Shown here: in pieces, positions 32,991-46,900 of the stretch
How the letters are laid out: every line of letters starts with the position of its first letter
Numbering within the stretch: the first letter of the stretch is position 1
From: Lingula anatina
Taxonomy: Eukaryota > Animalia > Brachiopoda
Reading direction: 5' to 3'
DNA length: 64,000 nt
Assembly: GCA_051362555.1 (NCBI GenBank)
Contig: CM120642.1
Span: 4,774,001-4,838,000, forward strand
The notes under the pieces: generated by a model
Told to the model about the DNA's origin: nothing
Seen by the model: the letters and a program-made list of their open reading frames with translations, nothing else
Database searches by the model: none
Program-made: the position numbers and the translations under genes

Positions 32991-35900
32991 TTTTGTTTAT
33001 TTGTGTCAAACATAATTATTAATATGGAAGGAAATATCAATAATTTACATCAGCTGTTGTCTGCCCAGTAAGAAAAAGTGACACCACACGTTAATTGTTG
33101 TATTGGTCATTGTTATCCGACTCTTATCGGATGAGAAAGTTTGTCTTGATTGCATGGGCAGAACCTGTCTCTCAGTCCATCCTCCAGCTGTGGGGTAACT
33201 ACAGCCAGTTTAAGAATATAATTTATGACAAGTCGTTCTCTGTTTACACCCACCTGCAGATAAAAATCTTCCATTCAGGCTTAGTATTTATACCTAGAGG
33301 TTTGAAATCAAACCAGAATTTTTTCTTTTTATTTATGAGCCAGAGAACTCTCCAGTCCCCTCTCTCATGACAAATATGTTAATTGTTACATTTGTCAGTT
33401 GCCAGTGGGATAATTTATTCTAGTTAGCAAAACTGTGACAATTTAAATTTAAAATCATTGTCTGTATTTTTCATTACACAGGTAGAAAAAAAAAAAGGAA
33501 GAAAGCAGATGATGTCCTTCATTGATTCATGTGTTTCAATCTGGATATAATTAAAACAAATCAACAACATTAAATTATCATATCAGTATGTATAATAATA
33601 ATAATAACAATAATAATACATATCTATCTATTGTATTTCATGCATTTAAAGGCCCACCCTGGTACAGAAACACTGAATGTGAATGCCTTCAACGACCTGG
33701 ACAGCTTACAGCCCATGTGGACACAGGTGACCCAAATATCCGGCGTGATGAAAAAATTTATGGATGCCCATCCGCAGGGGGTTCACATGATTTGTTACTC
33801 ACAAGGTATTCTTTTGTTTTCAAATTTTTATGTATTTCTTATCATTGTTATTTATTTGTTTGTTTCGTGATGAATATCCTAAATAATAAACTGGTTATTC
33901 TCTAAAACATCATATTAAAAAAAAAGAATAAAATTTTTGCTTCAGTACTTGGTTATCCTGGGTTTATCTTATATTGAGTAGTGTGTGCCAAAGTTCGAAA
34001 TGAAAAACACCTATTTATGTTTAGTTTAGTCATAATAATTTGAAAAGTAATATTTTTATTTCTGAATAAGAAAATAAGAGAAGTATAATCTGGATGAAGT
34101 GAGAAATTGTGATATGTAAAAGTGCTTGAAGTTTTCAGTTAGATGCTGATAAATATATATTTTTTTAATTTTAGGAGGCCTTATATGTCGTGGGGTGCTG
34201 GAATCTTTAGGTTCACACAATGTCCATAATTTTATTTCCCTCAGCTCTCCCCAAGGAGGAATGTACGGAGGTAATCATTCTTGAACGAAATAAAGATCAA
34301 CATTAAATACTTTTTACCAATAGGTTGTTAGTCCTATTATAGATCATCATGTCTACTTTATTCCAAGCCTTCTCTGAAGAGAGAATCATGTGTATGAATT
34401 GATAACTATACCAGAATTAGATATGCTTGACAACAAAATTGACTGTAAATGTGGTTAATATGAAATGTTCAAATATTACAACATTGAAGTTTTTAATTTT
34501 TTTATTTTTATTTATTTATTTTTATTTTTTGAAATTGCATTAAATGTAAATTGAATTTATTGCAGTACCTAACATGGTAAAGCCTTTTGTTCCAAATATT
34601 AGCAGCAAATATATCTACAGGTAATTAAAAAGTCTTGAAATTTATTTATTTTTCATGAGTTAAGAGAGGGACTTTGTGTGCAAAATATTTTCACAGTCTT
34701 TAAATATTAGGTATACCCGACAAAGAATAGTTTTTTAAAAATTAAAATTGCATGTGTCAAGGATAACATTATTTTAAAATCCCAATTTTAGTTTAAATGT
34801 TTTAAACCATGCAATGCCATTTAAATTTTTTTATTTTAAGAGTTTTCTACACACCCCGTGGACAGAATGTGTCTATAGCAAATTACTGGTATGGTAAGTG
34901 CACATAATATAGCTTACTTTTGTCCTCACACATGACCAGGGCAACAATACCTTTCATGAACAGGGATCAATATTTTTGTGTCAGAATAAAGCCAAGTTTA
35001 GTTTTAGATAACCACTGTGTTATATATGAAATAAATATGCCAATTTTGAATCATTATATCTTCTTTTATTGTGAAGTTAGGTTGCAACCATATAACATTT
35101 TTCTTATCAATTACTTACTTACCACATAGAAAATTACATATACAAATAAATATACAAAAGGTTCAGAGTTTTTGTCTTTCTGTCTTCAGATCCTTATCAT
35201 TTGGACCTCTTCAAGCAACCTTCCTTGAAGGTTTTTCTTGCTCAGTTGAACAACCAGGCTCCCAATCCTCAAGGCAATGGTAAAATCCTGTTTATGTATT
35301 TGTTATCTTTTCTAATTAAAAATTTAAAAGTATAATTATTATTACTGAAATAATAATTATATCACATACTTTCCATCTTTACATTTAAGGGAGAGATAGT
35401 ATGCTTGTGGATCTGAGTCAGTCAAAAAATTCAGTCAAAAACATGTAATATTGTTCAGGGGTGGATCCAGGATTATTTGAAAGGGGGGTCCTCCGATGCA
35501 AAACCGCCCCCCTGACCCCCCTCCCCTAAATCCGCCACTGATTGTTCATAAAATGCATAAAAATGGCATGTTATATACAGATTGTGCATTAAATACTGTC
35601 ATCCACCCCTGTGGTTATTTTCAGCTTTCAAGAACAACTTCCTAAAGATAAAAAACCTAATCATGATTGGTGGTCCAGATGATGGGGTGATCACACCATG
35701 GCAGTCTAGGTAAGCATGATGTCCAAAATTAATTAATAAACCATTTACCGTCTATCACCCTGAGTTAAGATGTTCCTAGAAACTTAACTGGAAACATGTC
35801 TTAGCTGTTTCCAGTTAATTTAATCTTGTAACTCAAGGTGCCTTCATCTGTACAGGCAATACATATGCTCCCAGTGCAGTCTGTTATTCAAGTATAGGAC

Positions 35901-36424
35901 CAATCAAATTGTGCACAGGAGAAACCAAATTTCTTTCCATTTAATGATGGTTAACTTGTATAACATTACACTAATTTCTTCTTCTTCTCTTACTTAACAA
36001 ATTCCAAAAAGACAATTGTTTATTTTATTTCCAGTCACTTTGGTTCATTTGATGAAAAAGGAAAAATTAAGGAAATGGAAGAACAAGAGGTACGTACACA
36101 TACTTGAGCTGCTTAGTTGAAAATTGTTCCATCTGTGGGCAGAACAGTATATATGTTGTCAATCATTTCGTCAGATTTTCATAACTTCTGGCAACAGGAA
36201 CATATATTTTCTAGTCTGACTGAAATATTGTTTAACATTTACAGATTTACTTTTCATTAAACAGATATTATTTATTCCAGTATTTCGTCAAGGATTCATT
36301 TGGCCTCAAGACCCTAGCCAATAGGGGAGCATTGCACAAGTACATCATCCCTGGGGTAAAGCACACTCATTGGCCCCACAACCAAAGTGTCTTTAAAACC
36401 TACATGGAAAAGTGGCTGGATTAG
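31530..36424 (+). CDS. PPT2: Lysosomal thioesterase PPT2-like, copy 1 (alpha/beta hydrolase with signal peptide)
   Basis: 9 exons: 31530-31670, 33652-33805, 34175-34270, 34566-34620, 34841-34893, 35190-35279, 35625-35709, 36035-36089, 36281-36424. Hydrophobic N-terminus, VILMHGI, nucleophile [52 protein letters not shown]. Confidence 0.95.
35456..35540. mobile_element. Short MITE (CAGGGGTGGATCCAGG...AAATCCGCCACTG) with a 6-bp TSD
   Basis: Imperfect TIRs with ATTGTT duplicated on both flanks. Confidence 0.75.
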
Positions 36425-37257
36425 TGCTATCTTGCATGTGACTATACTGACTAGTGCCATCTGTTGCTGGAATTCCTTAATTTTGGTCTGCAGTTTGCAA
36501 TGTAAAAATTGAAGATCTTACTTACATTAAAAATTTGTGCAATATATCTTTTATTACTCAGTGCAGGTAATTATTTATTAAAGCCATAGCATGATACAAG
36601 TGCACTATTACTACTAGTACATGTAGGCTCAGCAAAAGTTTTAACATTAATGTTTTTACATCTTTGCTATAATAATTACCAATATCAACTGGTAGTACCG
36701 TAGTAGCCATGCGATTTACATTTTTAATTGCTTTTAGATATTTAATGTGATTGATATACTGCAAGGTTTTGTGTACCATTTTAACCGAATTCTAAAGCAG
36801 GAGTCTTCCTGAAGAAGGTTGCTTTAAATACTGCATTATCACTGATTTAAAGCAATAAAATGAAATACTGATGCCATATTTAATCAAGCTTTTATTTAGA
36901 AAGTTTAACTAATAAATTAAATAGTTTCAAAATGAAGAATATCTAATTTTTATTATTTAAGTATTTTCTACTTTATTACAATTGTTAAATGAAAATATAC
37001 AGTTTACCCTAGTGTTCTTTGTACAAGTAAAATATAACATACAGTAAATTTAAGCAGAGAAAACCACAAAATCTAAGTGCATGTATACAGCTACTAAAGT
37101 TCACAGCTTGTATGATGTCCTACAGGGTTTCCACTTACTACTTCCGCATCATAATAAGACTATTTTAAACAACTACAGGGAGGTTTTATTTTATATTTAA
37201 TATTTTTTACAGCATTATCGGGTTGTTTTACCAAAATATAAATTGTACAAGCAATTT

Positions 37258-37290
<33 letters not shown>

Positions 37291-37629
37291 TATTTTATTT
37301 ATTTTTATTTATTATTATTATTATTTTTATTTTTTGCAGCATAAAACAAAGCAGTCTAGATGTGCTAATAACAAAATTGTTATATATATGTAGTTTCGCC
37401 TTTTCAACAGCATTCACTTTTCGCAAGTCTCACGCAGGATAACGTAGAAACGCTTTAGAGTGTGCTAGTTGTGATAGCACATCGCCACACCAATGTTTAC
37501 TTCAAAGCGGCTATTGTTAAAAAAGAAACGCACCATAATATTTTTAAACTTAAAATGAAATGAATTTCCTAGTCAATAGATGCCAAAATCGCTGTATATT
37601 TAGCTTGGATTTTGCAAGTATACGGATAT

Positions 37630-37932
37630 CTAACACTGACTTTTTTCAAGAGAAGCCATCGACTTCTTATTTACATGACCTACAATTTACCGCAAGAAAG
37701 GCCACTGACAAACACAGTAGCGTGAACTCTGACCGCTTTTACATGATAAGAATCCACGTGGGGACTTTCATCTCTAGCGGTATATATAAAATGGGGTGCA
37801 AAGTTTCGCTCTCATATCAAAATAGGACTTCAACATTTATATTATTTACCGAAAGGGGTGAGACTTCGAAGTCGTCATCCCTTGTGAAAATTCTACGTTA
37901 GGAGGTAGCAGTAGCAGTCGAAAGTCGGCGGA
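37630..37932. promoter_or_regulatory. Duplicated promoter of PPT2 copy 2, including a relic of PHYHD1 exon 1
   Basis: Blocks GAAGCCATC, CAAGAAAGGCCAC, TGAACTCTGACCGCTTTTA, CCACGTGG, ACTTTCATCTCT, ATATAAAA and TACGTTAGGAGGTAGCAGTAG are shared in order with 31230-31510. Confidence 0.75.
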
Positions 37933-40900
37933 ATGCCCGACGTTTTTCTTTTTTCTTTATTTCTTTTTTTCCTTCAGTATGGGGTGAGCGAAAGTTATAA
38001 ACCTGTCATATTGATGCACGGCATTCTTTCATCCCAAAGAGATTTAAATGACCTGAAAGCATTTATTAAGAAGGTGAGTGTTTTGTTTTTATGTCTAAAA
38101 GCGGCCTAAACTTGTTACATGTACAAGTTAGTGCAGATACAGTTAGGTTGTAGTAATGGATCTCGTCGTTATGCTTGCCAGGCTTTTATCACTGTATACG
38201 TGTTGCTAAATTCAGTTTGATAACATCATTTGACCTGCATCATAAATTCATTGTCCAATTTGATTGTCACTAAATTTGTTTTATTCCACCCTTGCTGTTC
38301 AACAGTCTAATGTGGACTCAAAAGACTACCGTAAATATGAATATTGAACAATGAACTGCAGATGTCATCTATCCCTGTCACATTGATACTCGCCGTCAAG
38401 TATTATTAAAGTACAGTCATACAAGAAAGCCAATTCCAAATTTTTTAATTAAAATTACAAAATAAAAATGTAGTCTGGCTTTGTCTGTATTATTTAGTGT
38501 AATACTGTTACTAAACACAAATTGTAAGTGAAAGTGTACATGTACAAATCCTGTTCCAAATAATGTCTGCAGCTAGGCTGTTTTATATAAATTCCTGTCA
38601 ATTAATATAAAGAATCTAAATTTGATATACTGGTGCATATATTAATTTCAACAGATAAAATGTGTAATTCCACCTTGAAGTTCCTGTTTGAGCAGATACA
38701 ATTGATAATTAATTAAAATTTGTTTATCTGTCAAAGCATGCCAGTATAGATTTTATTGTTAAAGTATACCGCAAAGTATACCTAACATGACTCTAATCAC
38801 GGCTTTTATCAGCTTTATAAATGTCATCATTCATGATGGATCATATGTAACTCAGATGATACTGTTTTCACTAGCCATTTTCATAACTATGTCAGTTTTT
38901 AGAGTAGTTGATGGAATAACAGTACTTGATGGAGTACAAAAATTGTGATGTCCTTTTTTAAAGCATTTGCCACTTGTAAATTTATGTAATTTGTAGTGTT
39001 TCGTGTGTAACCGAGGCACGACAACAAGTGTATTGTCCTTTTAGAAAAATCTTTATTCGTACTATCTACACAGCCGATCACTGGTGTATCTCACTTTGAA
39101 TTACGCGCCAACCGCTTTTATAGTCCAGGGTCACATGACCCACGTGACATAAAAAGGGCGCTAACACCAGTATGCATATTCATATCACATATTTATATAC
39201 AAGAGCTATTTATAATAAGGCACTTATATCAATGTACGCTACAATATACTATTACATATATATATATTTATACCTGTGAATACATGAAATACATGTACCC
39301 TATTACATGTGCCCCCCAAAAATTAAATGGCGTCCCGCCATTGATTATACTGTAAAATAACTGTGGATGAGAAAATTACAAAAAAAAAATAATATTACAA
39401 TTATAGTAAATTAAAACACATTACCCCCATCGTATGTGAGCACTCCAAGTTCACACAGTACAAACACACAAGCAAACGCAACCTTTCTCACAAGGAAACG
39501 CAATACTATTACTTGGGTTTATGGAGGAAAATGATTAAAATTACTCCCATCTTATGTGAGTACGCCGAGTTCACACAGTACAAACACACAAGTAAACGCA
39601 ACCTTTCTCACAAGGAAAAGCAATAATATTACTTGGGTTTAGGGAGGAAAATAATTAAAAACAGTGCAATTGCTGTAGCATTTTTATTATCATCAATTAA
39701 CATAAATCATAAAAAACAAGTTATAATTTAAATTTCAACTTTCCTTCAATAATTCCACCATCTGTTTGAACATATTTTCACTAGATTGAATGAATGTACG
39801 GTAAATGTCAAGTAACCTAGACGCAGATGTGGACCGTCTTTCTGGTACAATCTGTGAAAACACATAATTCCCCTCTTCCATCCACTGCGGACGTCGTCTA
39901 GTGCGTGTGGACCGCCTAGGCTGGACTGGTGTATCATTTTCCTGCACATCTTCACCTTCGCTTTCCACTTGCGATTCTTGCTCACTGTCGTCCTCTCGAT
40001 CCTCCTCCTCTACGCTAACCCTTTCATTACTACCGTCTTCATCAGGGATCATTTGTTCAGACCCATATCGTACAACATAATGTACCCCAGAAGAATCATC
40101 AGAGTCCTCTGTTATCTCTGAAAATTCATTCTCGTGTCTGGGTCTACAGGTACTTACCTTAGTGATCTTCTCTTCCCGCAAATCCATGGGGAAAATCAAA
40201 GGTAAAAGCAAATTCCTATGAACATTTTTTATGTCCCCTTTTCCATTTTCTTGTCTGATCATATACACTGGTATATTAGAGTCATTCTGACCAACAATCA
40301 CATATACCTCTTTTCTCCATTTGTTAGCCAATTTATGTTTCCCTTTTAATCCTACATTTTTTAACAAAACTCGATCCCCTACCTCGGGTACTACCCCTCT
40401 ACACCGATTGTCATACCTTTGCTTGTTTTTAGACCTTTTCCCTTTTGCTCTCTCATTAGCAATGCTGTATGCTGTTTCCAATCTCTCTTTCAACATACTT
40501 ATATACCTTTCATAGTCCTTGTGCTCATCCTTCGTGTACAGACCAAAAATTACGTCTACTGCAAGCCGGGGGGCCCTCCCGAACATTAAGTAGAACGGAC
40601 TAAAGCCTGTGGACTCGTGCACCGTGCAGTTGTAAGAGTGAACTAATGAAGGTACATACCTTTTCCAGTCAAGTTTTTGGTCATCATGGAGTGTACGCAT
40701 CATACCTATTAAAGTTCTGTTAAAACGTTCCGTAACTCCGTTTCCCATGGGGTGATAGGGGGTCGTTCTGGATTTTTCTATTCCCAGTAATATACACAAC
40801 TCTTTGATTACCTTTGATTCGAAGTTGCGCCCCTGATCGCTGTGCAATCTTAAAGGAAATCCATAGGGAATCATGAAATTGTCAAATAAGACTCTAGCAG

Positions 40901-43900
40901 TTGTTAAGGCTGACTGATTTTTTGTAGGTATAGCCCATGCATATTTTGTGAAAACATCTGTGAGCACAAGTATGTTACTTACCCTACCTTTGGACTCTTC
41001 CAAACTAAGGAAATCCATACACACAATTTCCATGGGTTGAGATGCAACTAAATGCCCCATTGTTGCGCTCTCGGGTAAGTGTGGACTTTTTCCCAATTTA
41101 CATGGTCTACACATTTTTAATTTCTCGCTAACAAAGTGATCCATTCCTGGCCAGAAGAACCGTTGTTTTACAATTGAAAGTGTACGATCCCTACCTTGAT
41201 GTCCCATTTCATCATGAGTTAAAGTAAAAACTTTCTCTCTCCATGCACTAGGCACCACTAACCTCTTTCTGTCCGCATGATCGACATGATACAATACACC
41301 ATCCACCACTTTCAGCTTCTTCCATGATCTCTTAAAAGGTTTCATATTGTCGGTTCGTGGTAGGTTTCTGAAATTGTCTGAATTTAATTTAACTTCTCTC
41401 ACCTTTTGAATCACTGGATCCTGACTTTGCTCTTCCTGCCAATCAACTTTCAAATCTTCCCACTCTGCTACTTGGGGGAAACACTTAGGATGAAAAGGAA
41501 GATTTTCAGAATAACCAACATCCAAACCTACACTGTGATCATTACTACACACGTCTTTCACAATCTGTGAAGAACAATGACACTTTCTAGTTGGTAATAG
41601 TGACAGGGCATCCGCGTCAATATTGGACTTACCTGACAGATAGCTTAACTCAAAATCATACGCGGCTAAACTTGCCAACCACCGATGACCTGCAGCGTCT
41701 AACTTAGCTGTAGTAAGAATGTATGTTAGTGGATTATTGTCTGTAATAACCACAAATTTGTGCCCATACAAATAATCGTGAAATTTTTGAGTTACCGCCC
41801 ACTTCAGCGCAAGAAATTCCAATTTGTTTGAGCAATAATTTTGCTCATTGCGATTTAATGCCCGACTAGCGTAAGCTACCACACGTGTGTTACCATCTTG
41901 CTTTTGACATAACACTGCCCCTAACCCACTAGAACTCGCATCAATGTGCAATTCAAAGGGGAGTGTATAATCAGGATAGCATAAAATGGGAGGATTAGTT
42001 AGTTTTTCTACAAGCGTTTCGAATGCTTTCTGGTGCTCCTCCTTCCATACCCAATGGGCGGCTCCCTTCTTTCGTTGTTCTTCTTTGGTCAGCTCGTAGA
42101 GAGGTTTTGCTATTTTCGCGAAGTCTTTCACAAATCTGCGGTAAAACCCAGCAAAACCTAAAAACCTTTGTGTCTCTTTAATGTTAGTAGGAGTTTTCCA
42201 GTGTCTCAAACAATTTATGTTTTCTGAATCACATTCAATGCCTGCACTTGAAACAACGTGCCCTAAATACTTTATTCTCTGTTGTAAAAATTGACACTTT
42301 GAAGGCTTAAGCTTCAACCCTGCTTTTTTTAATCGACACAATACTTCTCTGACTCGAGCAACGTGTTCGCTAATGGATTCTCCTGAAAAAATGATAATAT
42401 CATCAAGATAAATCATACAGGTTTTTAAATTCAAATCACCAATCACACTTTCCATCAAATGCTGAAACGTTGCAGGACTATTGGTCAATCCCATCGCCAT
42501 CCTGTTACACTCATAAAATCCAAGCGGTCCTACTGTGAATGCCGTCTTTGCTTTGTCTTCTTCTTTCAACTCGACTTGCCAATAGCCACTACACAAATCT
42601 AACGATGAAAACCAAACCGCCCCTTTTAGAGCATCTAGCGTCTCTTCAATCCGCGGTAATGGGTGAGCGTTTCGTACCGTGCGGTTGTTTAATTTTCTAT
42701 AATCGATACAGAACCTTAAAGAACCGTCTTTCTTCCTGACCAGAACTACGTTCGATGCCCATGGACTAGCAGATTCTCGTATCACACCAGCAGTCTTCAT
42801 CTCATCCAAGTACTCTCTCACTTCTTCATACAGTGCAGGAGGAATACGTCTCGACCGGTCTTTAAACGGAACGCTATCTGTTAATTCAATTCCATGTTTA
42901 ACAACCGACGTTTTCCCAATATCCAACTTGTGTTGAGCAAACACCGATTTTTGCTCCAAAAGCAAATCTTTGATCAGGGAAATTCCTTCCCCGGATGCCG
43001 GTAAATTAAACTGGTTTATAAAACTTTCATCATCGAGTTCACTTGACGGATTCATCATGGTAACCTGAGAAATCCGGGCTACTGTGGTCCCAGGCTGCAA
43101 TACCACCGATTTTGACTGATGGTTAGTAATCTCAATTTCAAAATTCCCATTACTTAAATCAATCACCCCTGGAGTCACGCGCAACCCGTCTTCGTGATGC
43201 ACACCACACTCTGCCACTCCACAATCTTGAACCATTGCAATTGTTCGTGGAATTGGGATAACTATCTGTGACACACAACAAACAAATTTTGATTGGTTTG
43301 GACCAACTTCGATTTTCTCTTTATTTCTCAATAATCCATACACCCCTTGGGATTTTTCCAAATGTCTTTTTCTCAATTTCACAGTTTGTAACGCTAAACT
43401 GACTGATTTACAAATTTTATCATTTGGTATTCTACCCTGATATTTATTTTCCAGTTGTTTGTACAACCTATCGAGAACATTTGTTCCTATCAACATGGGA
43501 ATTTGTTGGTTATATTCGGTATCAGGGGCCACCAGCACAGGGAATACACCTACCACGTGTGCTGTCCCATCCACTGGAATAGCTATCTCCAATTCTACAT
43601 AACACGAGTAGGGCAGGTTTTCATCTTGGGGTCCCTTCACTAAAAGAAGTTGATCAACAGAATACCTAGGTAAATCAGGAAACTGCTGCTGAATAAAAGA
43701 ATCACTTACACAAGTAACCATTGATCCAGAATCAACCAAAGCATATGTACAAATATTATTTACAATTGAAACGGACTCATTTGAGCTTCCCACTAAATTT
43801 TGTAATAACTTTTGAAATGAATCATCTGTTTGAATTGTATTCTTGGGATCCTCTTTCTTACTGGTCTCCAGTGATCCCTCCCTGGACACCTTTACCTGTT

Positions 43901-46900
43901 TAAAGTCTTCTGAAGGAGTTTCTTCTGAACTAACTCTGCATTCGCTGTTTTCTCACATCCATTTGCTACATGGCCATCCTCCCCACATTTAAAACAAAAA
44001 ATACTCTTTTTATCACGTCGCTCCTTTCTCTCTACCTTAGTCTTTACCTCAGGCCGCGACGCTGTGGAAGGTGCACACACTTGACCTTTAGCCTCTAACT
44101 TGGCCACTCTGGCTTGTAACTCCTCCATCATCTTGACATTAGCTGCCTCAGATTCCTTTGAAACCGTCATGGAGTGGACTCTGGCTTCTTTCTTCTTTTC
44201 CAAACGTAACCTCTTCTCCGTTCGTCTGGCTTCTTCTCTTCTCACTAATAAAAGTAACTCGGCAAAACTAGGAGGATCTGTTAATTTTTCTAAATCAAGT
44301 TTATTTATTAACTCCTCATCAAAACTCCCACGAATAAATTGTCGTAAAAGATGCTCTGGGACTTCTCTAACTTCAATTCCACCCCTTTCTACAACCTGCA
44401 TCACCTGTAAGTACAACCTCTGTAAATATTGTGATGGTGTTTCTTTTTCCTTTTGGTAATTAATAAAAAACTGCACTAAGAGTTCTTTACCATCGATTAC
44501 TATCCCGTATACATTCTTTAAAATATCAACAACCTGTGTTGCAGTGGTAGCTTCTCTGACAGTGTCCAGAGCCGGCCTTAAAAGACTTTGCTTAAGTATT
44601 CTACAATTTTCAGTATCTGACCCTTCGTCCAATATAGATTCTAATTGCATTATCCACGTTTCAAAATCAACTTCTCCATGTGGAGTTGGACTTCTTCCCG
44701 AAAATAGCCGTAATTTACGCGAATACCCACCCACATGTGGAGCAGCGCGAGGTGATTGAGAAACACTGTCGCGCTCATGGGAAGCATTAGATATACTGCT
44801 TTCGGACTCGGGACTGAGTAACTGCAACACCGCAGCTTTGTCTTCTGGGCTTAGAGCCTGTAATTGCTCTCTTAAATGGGTATCCATGTTGAGATATCAC
44901 CAATCAATGCAATCACACCACTCGCATTCACAAGTGCTCACCAAAAATCATGGGAAAATGCTCACAAAATAAAACAAAACAGTCAATGCAATTACACCAC
45001 TCGCATTCACAAGTGCTCACCAAAAATCATGGGAAAATGCTCACAAAAAAAAAAAATAATAATAATAATTGATAAATAATTAAAAAAAATTAATACTCAA
45101 TTAATTGAATAATTGACCTTGATTGATTAATTTAATAATCTACATCAATCAATTACTTCTAAAATCTAATTCACTACTGATTGAACTGCAATTAATATAG
45201 CCTTAAAGTAAGCTCAATTAATGAACAAAAATCTAACTTATTCAATTTAAAATTAATTATGCTTATCAAGAAACTATTTTATCAATCAATAATGATAACC
45301 CAATTTGAAGGAAGGTCCACAAAGGTAATGATTTAGTAACACTAGGTAAAACACAAGGAGGCCGGGGTCAAAAATGGGGTCAATGAAAAATTAAATGATC
45401 AAAATTTAAATAATAAGAAATTAGCACAAATGATCAAATTAAACAGATAATTAATGGGAAACAAACTTAAACTACTCAAATAGGGAATGCACAAACGAGC
45501 GTGAAAAGCTGTATTACCTCTATTAAAAAATAAAGGACTACTTCTCAAACCAAACCCTAAGCAAGTTAGTATCAAATTAATTAAATAGAAGAGAGAAAAA
45601 TATTATGATGGTAGTGGCTTATTGAACCAAAATATCGGGTATCAACTAAAACAAATCAAAAATTAACTTAATAATCCAAACTATGAGTGATTAACCAAAA
45701 TGAAAATAACTAAAAATCTACCTCTATTAAGATAACAAAACAAAAAAAAATGTAACCAATGTAATAAAAATGTCAAATGAAATCAATGAAAATGAAAATA
45801 AAATGCAACCGAACCAGTACTAAATGATAGATGCAGTTTAAACGCAAAATAATTCACATCATGGTAAGTAGGATGGTTGCTGTTAGACTTGATTTAGTAA
45901 TGCAAATAATTACAATCACTATATCCAAGTGTTATTCGGCCACTAATGCATTGTTATCACAATGACGTGTCACTGAAACAATACAACAAACAATGGACAC
46001 CACTTCACAGGAATACTAACTGCACAATCACAATTATACAGGTAGAGCGGAAGCTTTGCACAAATTACACCCAATATTATGCTAGTGGTTAAACACACAA
46101 ACAATCAATTATTGGGTGAGCAACTGTTACACACAGAAGCACAAATAAGGGCCAAGTCAATATAACATGAGACGGCACACACAAACACAATCACTAGACA
46201 GGAGGTAATACAATGAGCGAAACATATAAAGCAACACAATACATGGGGATAAAAAATGTGTATACTTATCACTTTCTGCTCGACCTCCTTTAATTCCGCC
46301 GTCCACTGCAATTAACTAATGCCTGTACACATCCAGAAATGAAAGAATTAAATGCGTAGAGTCCGATTTCAAAATAATATAGTGAACACAGTTACAATTG
46401 TCACTGTCCGTTTAGATCATGAAAGTCCTTGCATTCTGATTGACCACTGTCTCCGAATGAATACAAGGCCTCCGCTGTGGTGGATCTCATCACACGCAAT
46501 AATGGACCGGTGAATTACGAAGATGTACTCGCACATCAGTAACACCAGGGGATCGCATCGGTAACACAAGGGGATCGCATCGGGAATCACCAGGGGATCG
46601 AATCGGAGAATCACATCTGGAATCACCAGGGAGTCACAACGGAGAATCGCACCTCGGAATCATCAGGGGATAACCCCGGGAAGTTGCACCTTGGAATCAT
46701 CAGGGAATACTTCAGGAAAGTTATACCTCAGAATCACCATGGATTACCTCACCAGGAAGTAATACCGGTAAATCGTATCTGAATCACCAATCTGTCGGAG
46801 ATCAGTCTGTAAGTCAGTTTTCATTGTAGCTCCACACTATGGAGAAGCGGAGAAGGATATCGATGAACCTCCTCTCAGAACCACCTTTACTATTATAAGT

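Noticed and set aside
38899-39081. ORFs [10 protein letters not shown]... at 38899-39081 and 47072-47257
   Set aside because: They start inside the identical LTRs and run into unrelated flanks, so they are not genes.
39308-39734. Possible env or third ORF in the Gypsy element
   Set aside because: Only about 430 bp lie between pol and the 3' LTR, mostly a 120-bp duplication, with no ORF.
44100-44759. Plus-strand ORFs antisense to gag and pol
   Set aside because: Shadow frames of the coding strand with no motifs.
46417-46626. 69-aa ORF in the Gypsy leader
   Set aside because: It is a translation of the minisatellite and has no domain signature.
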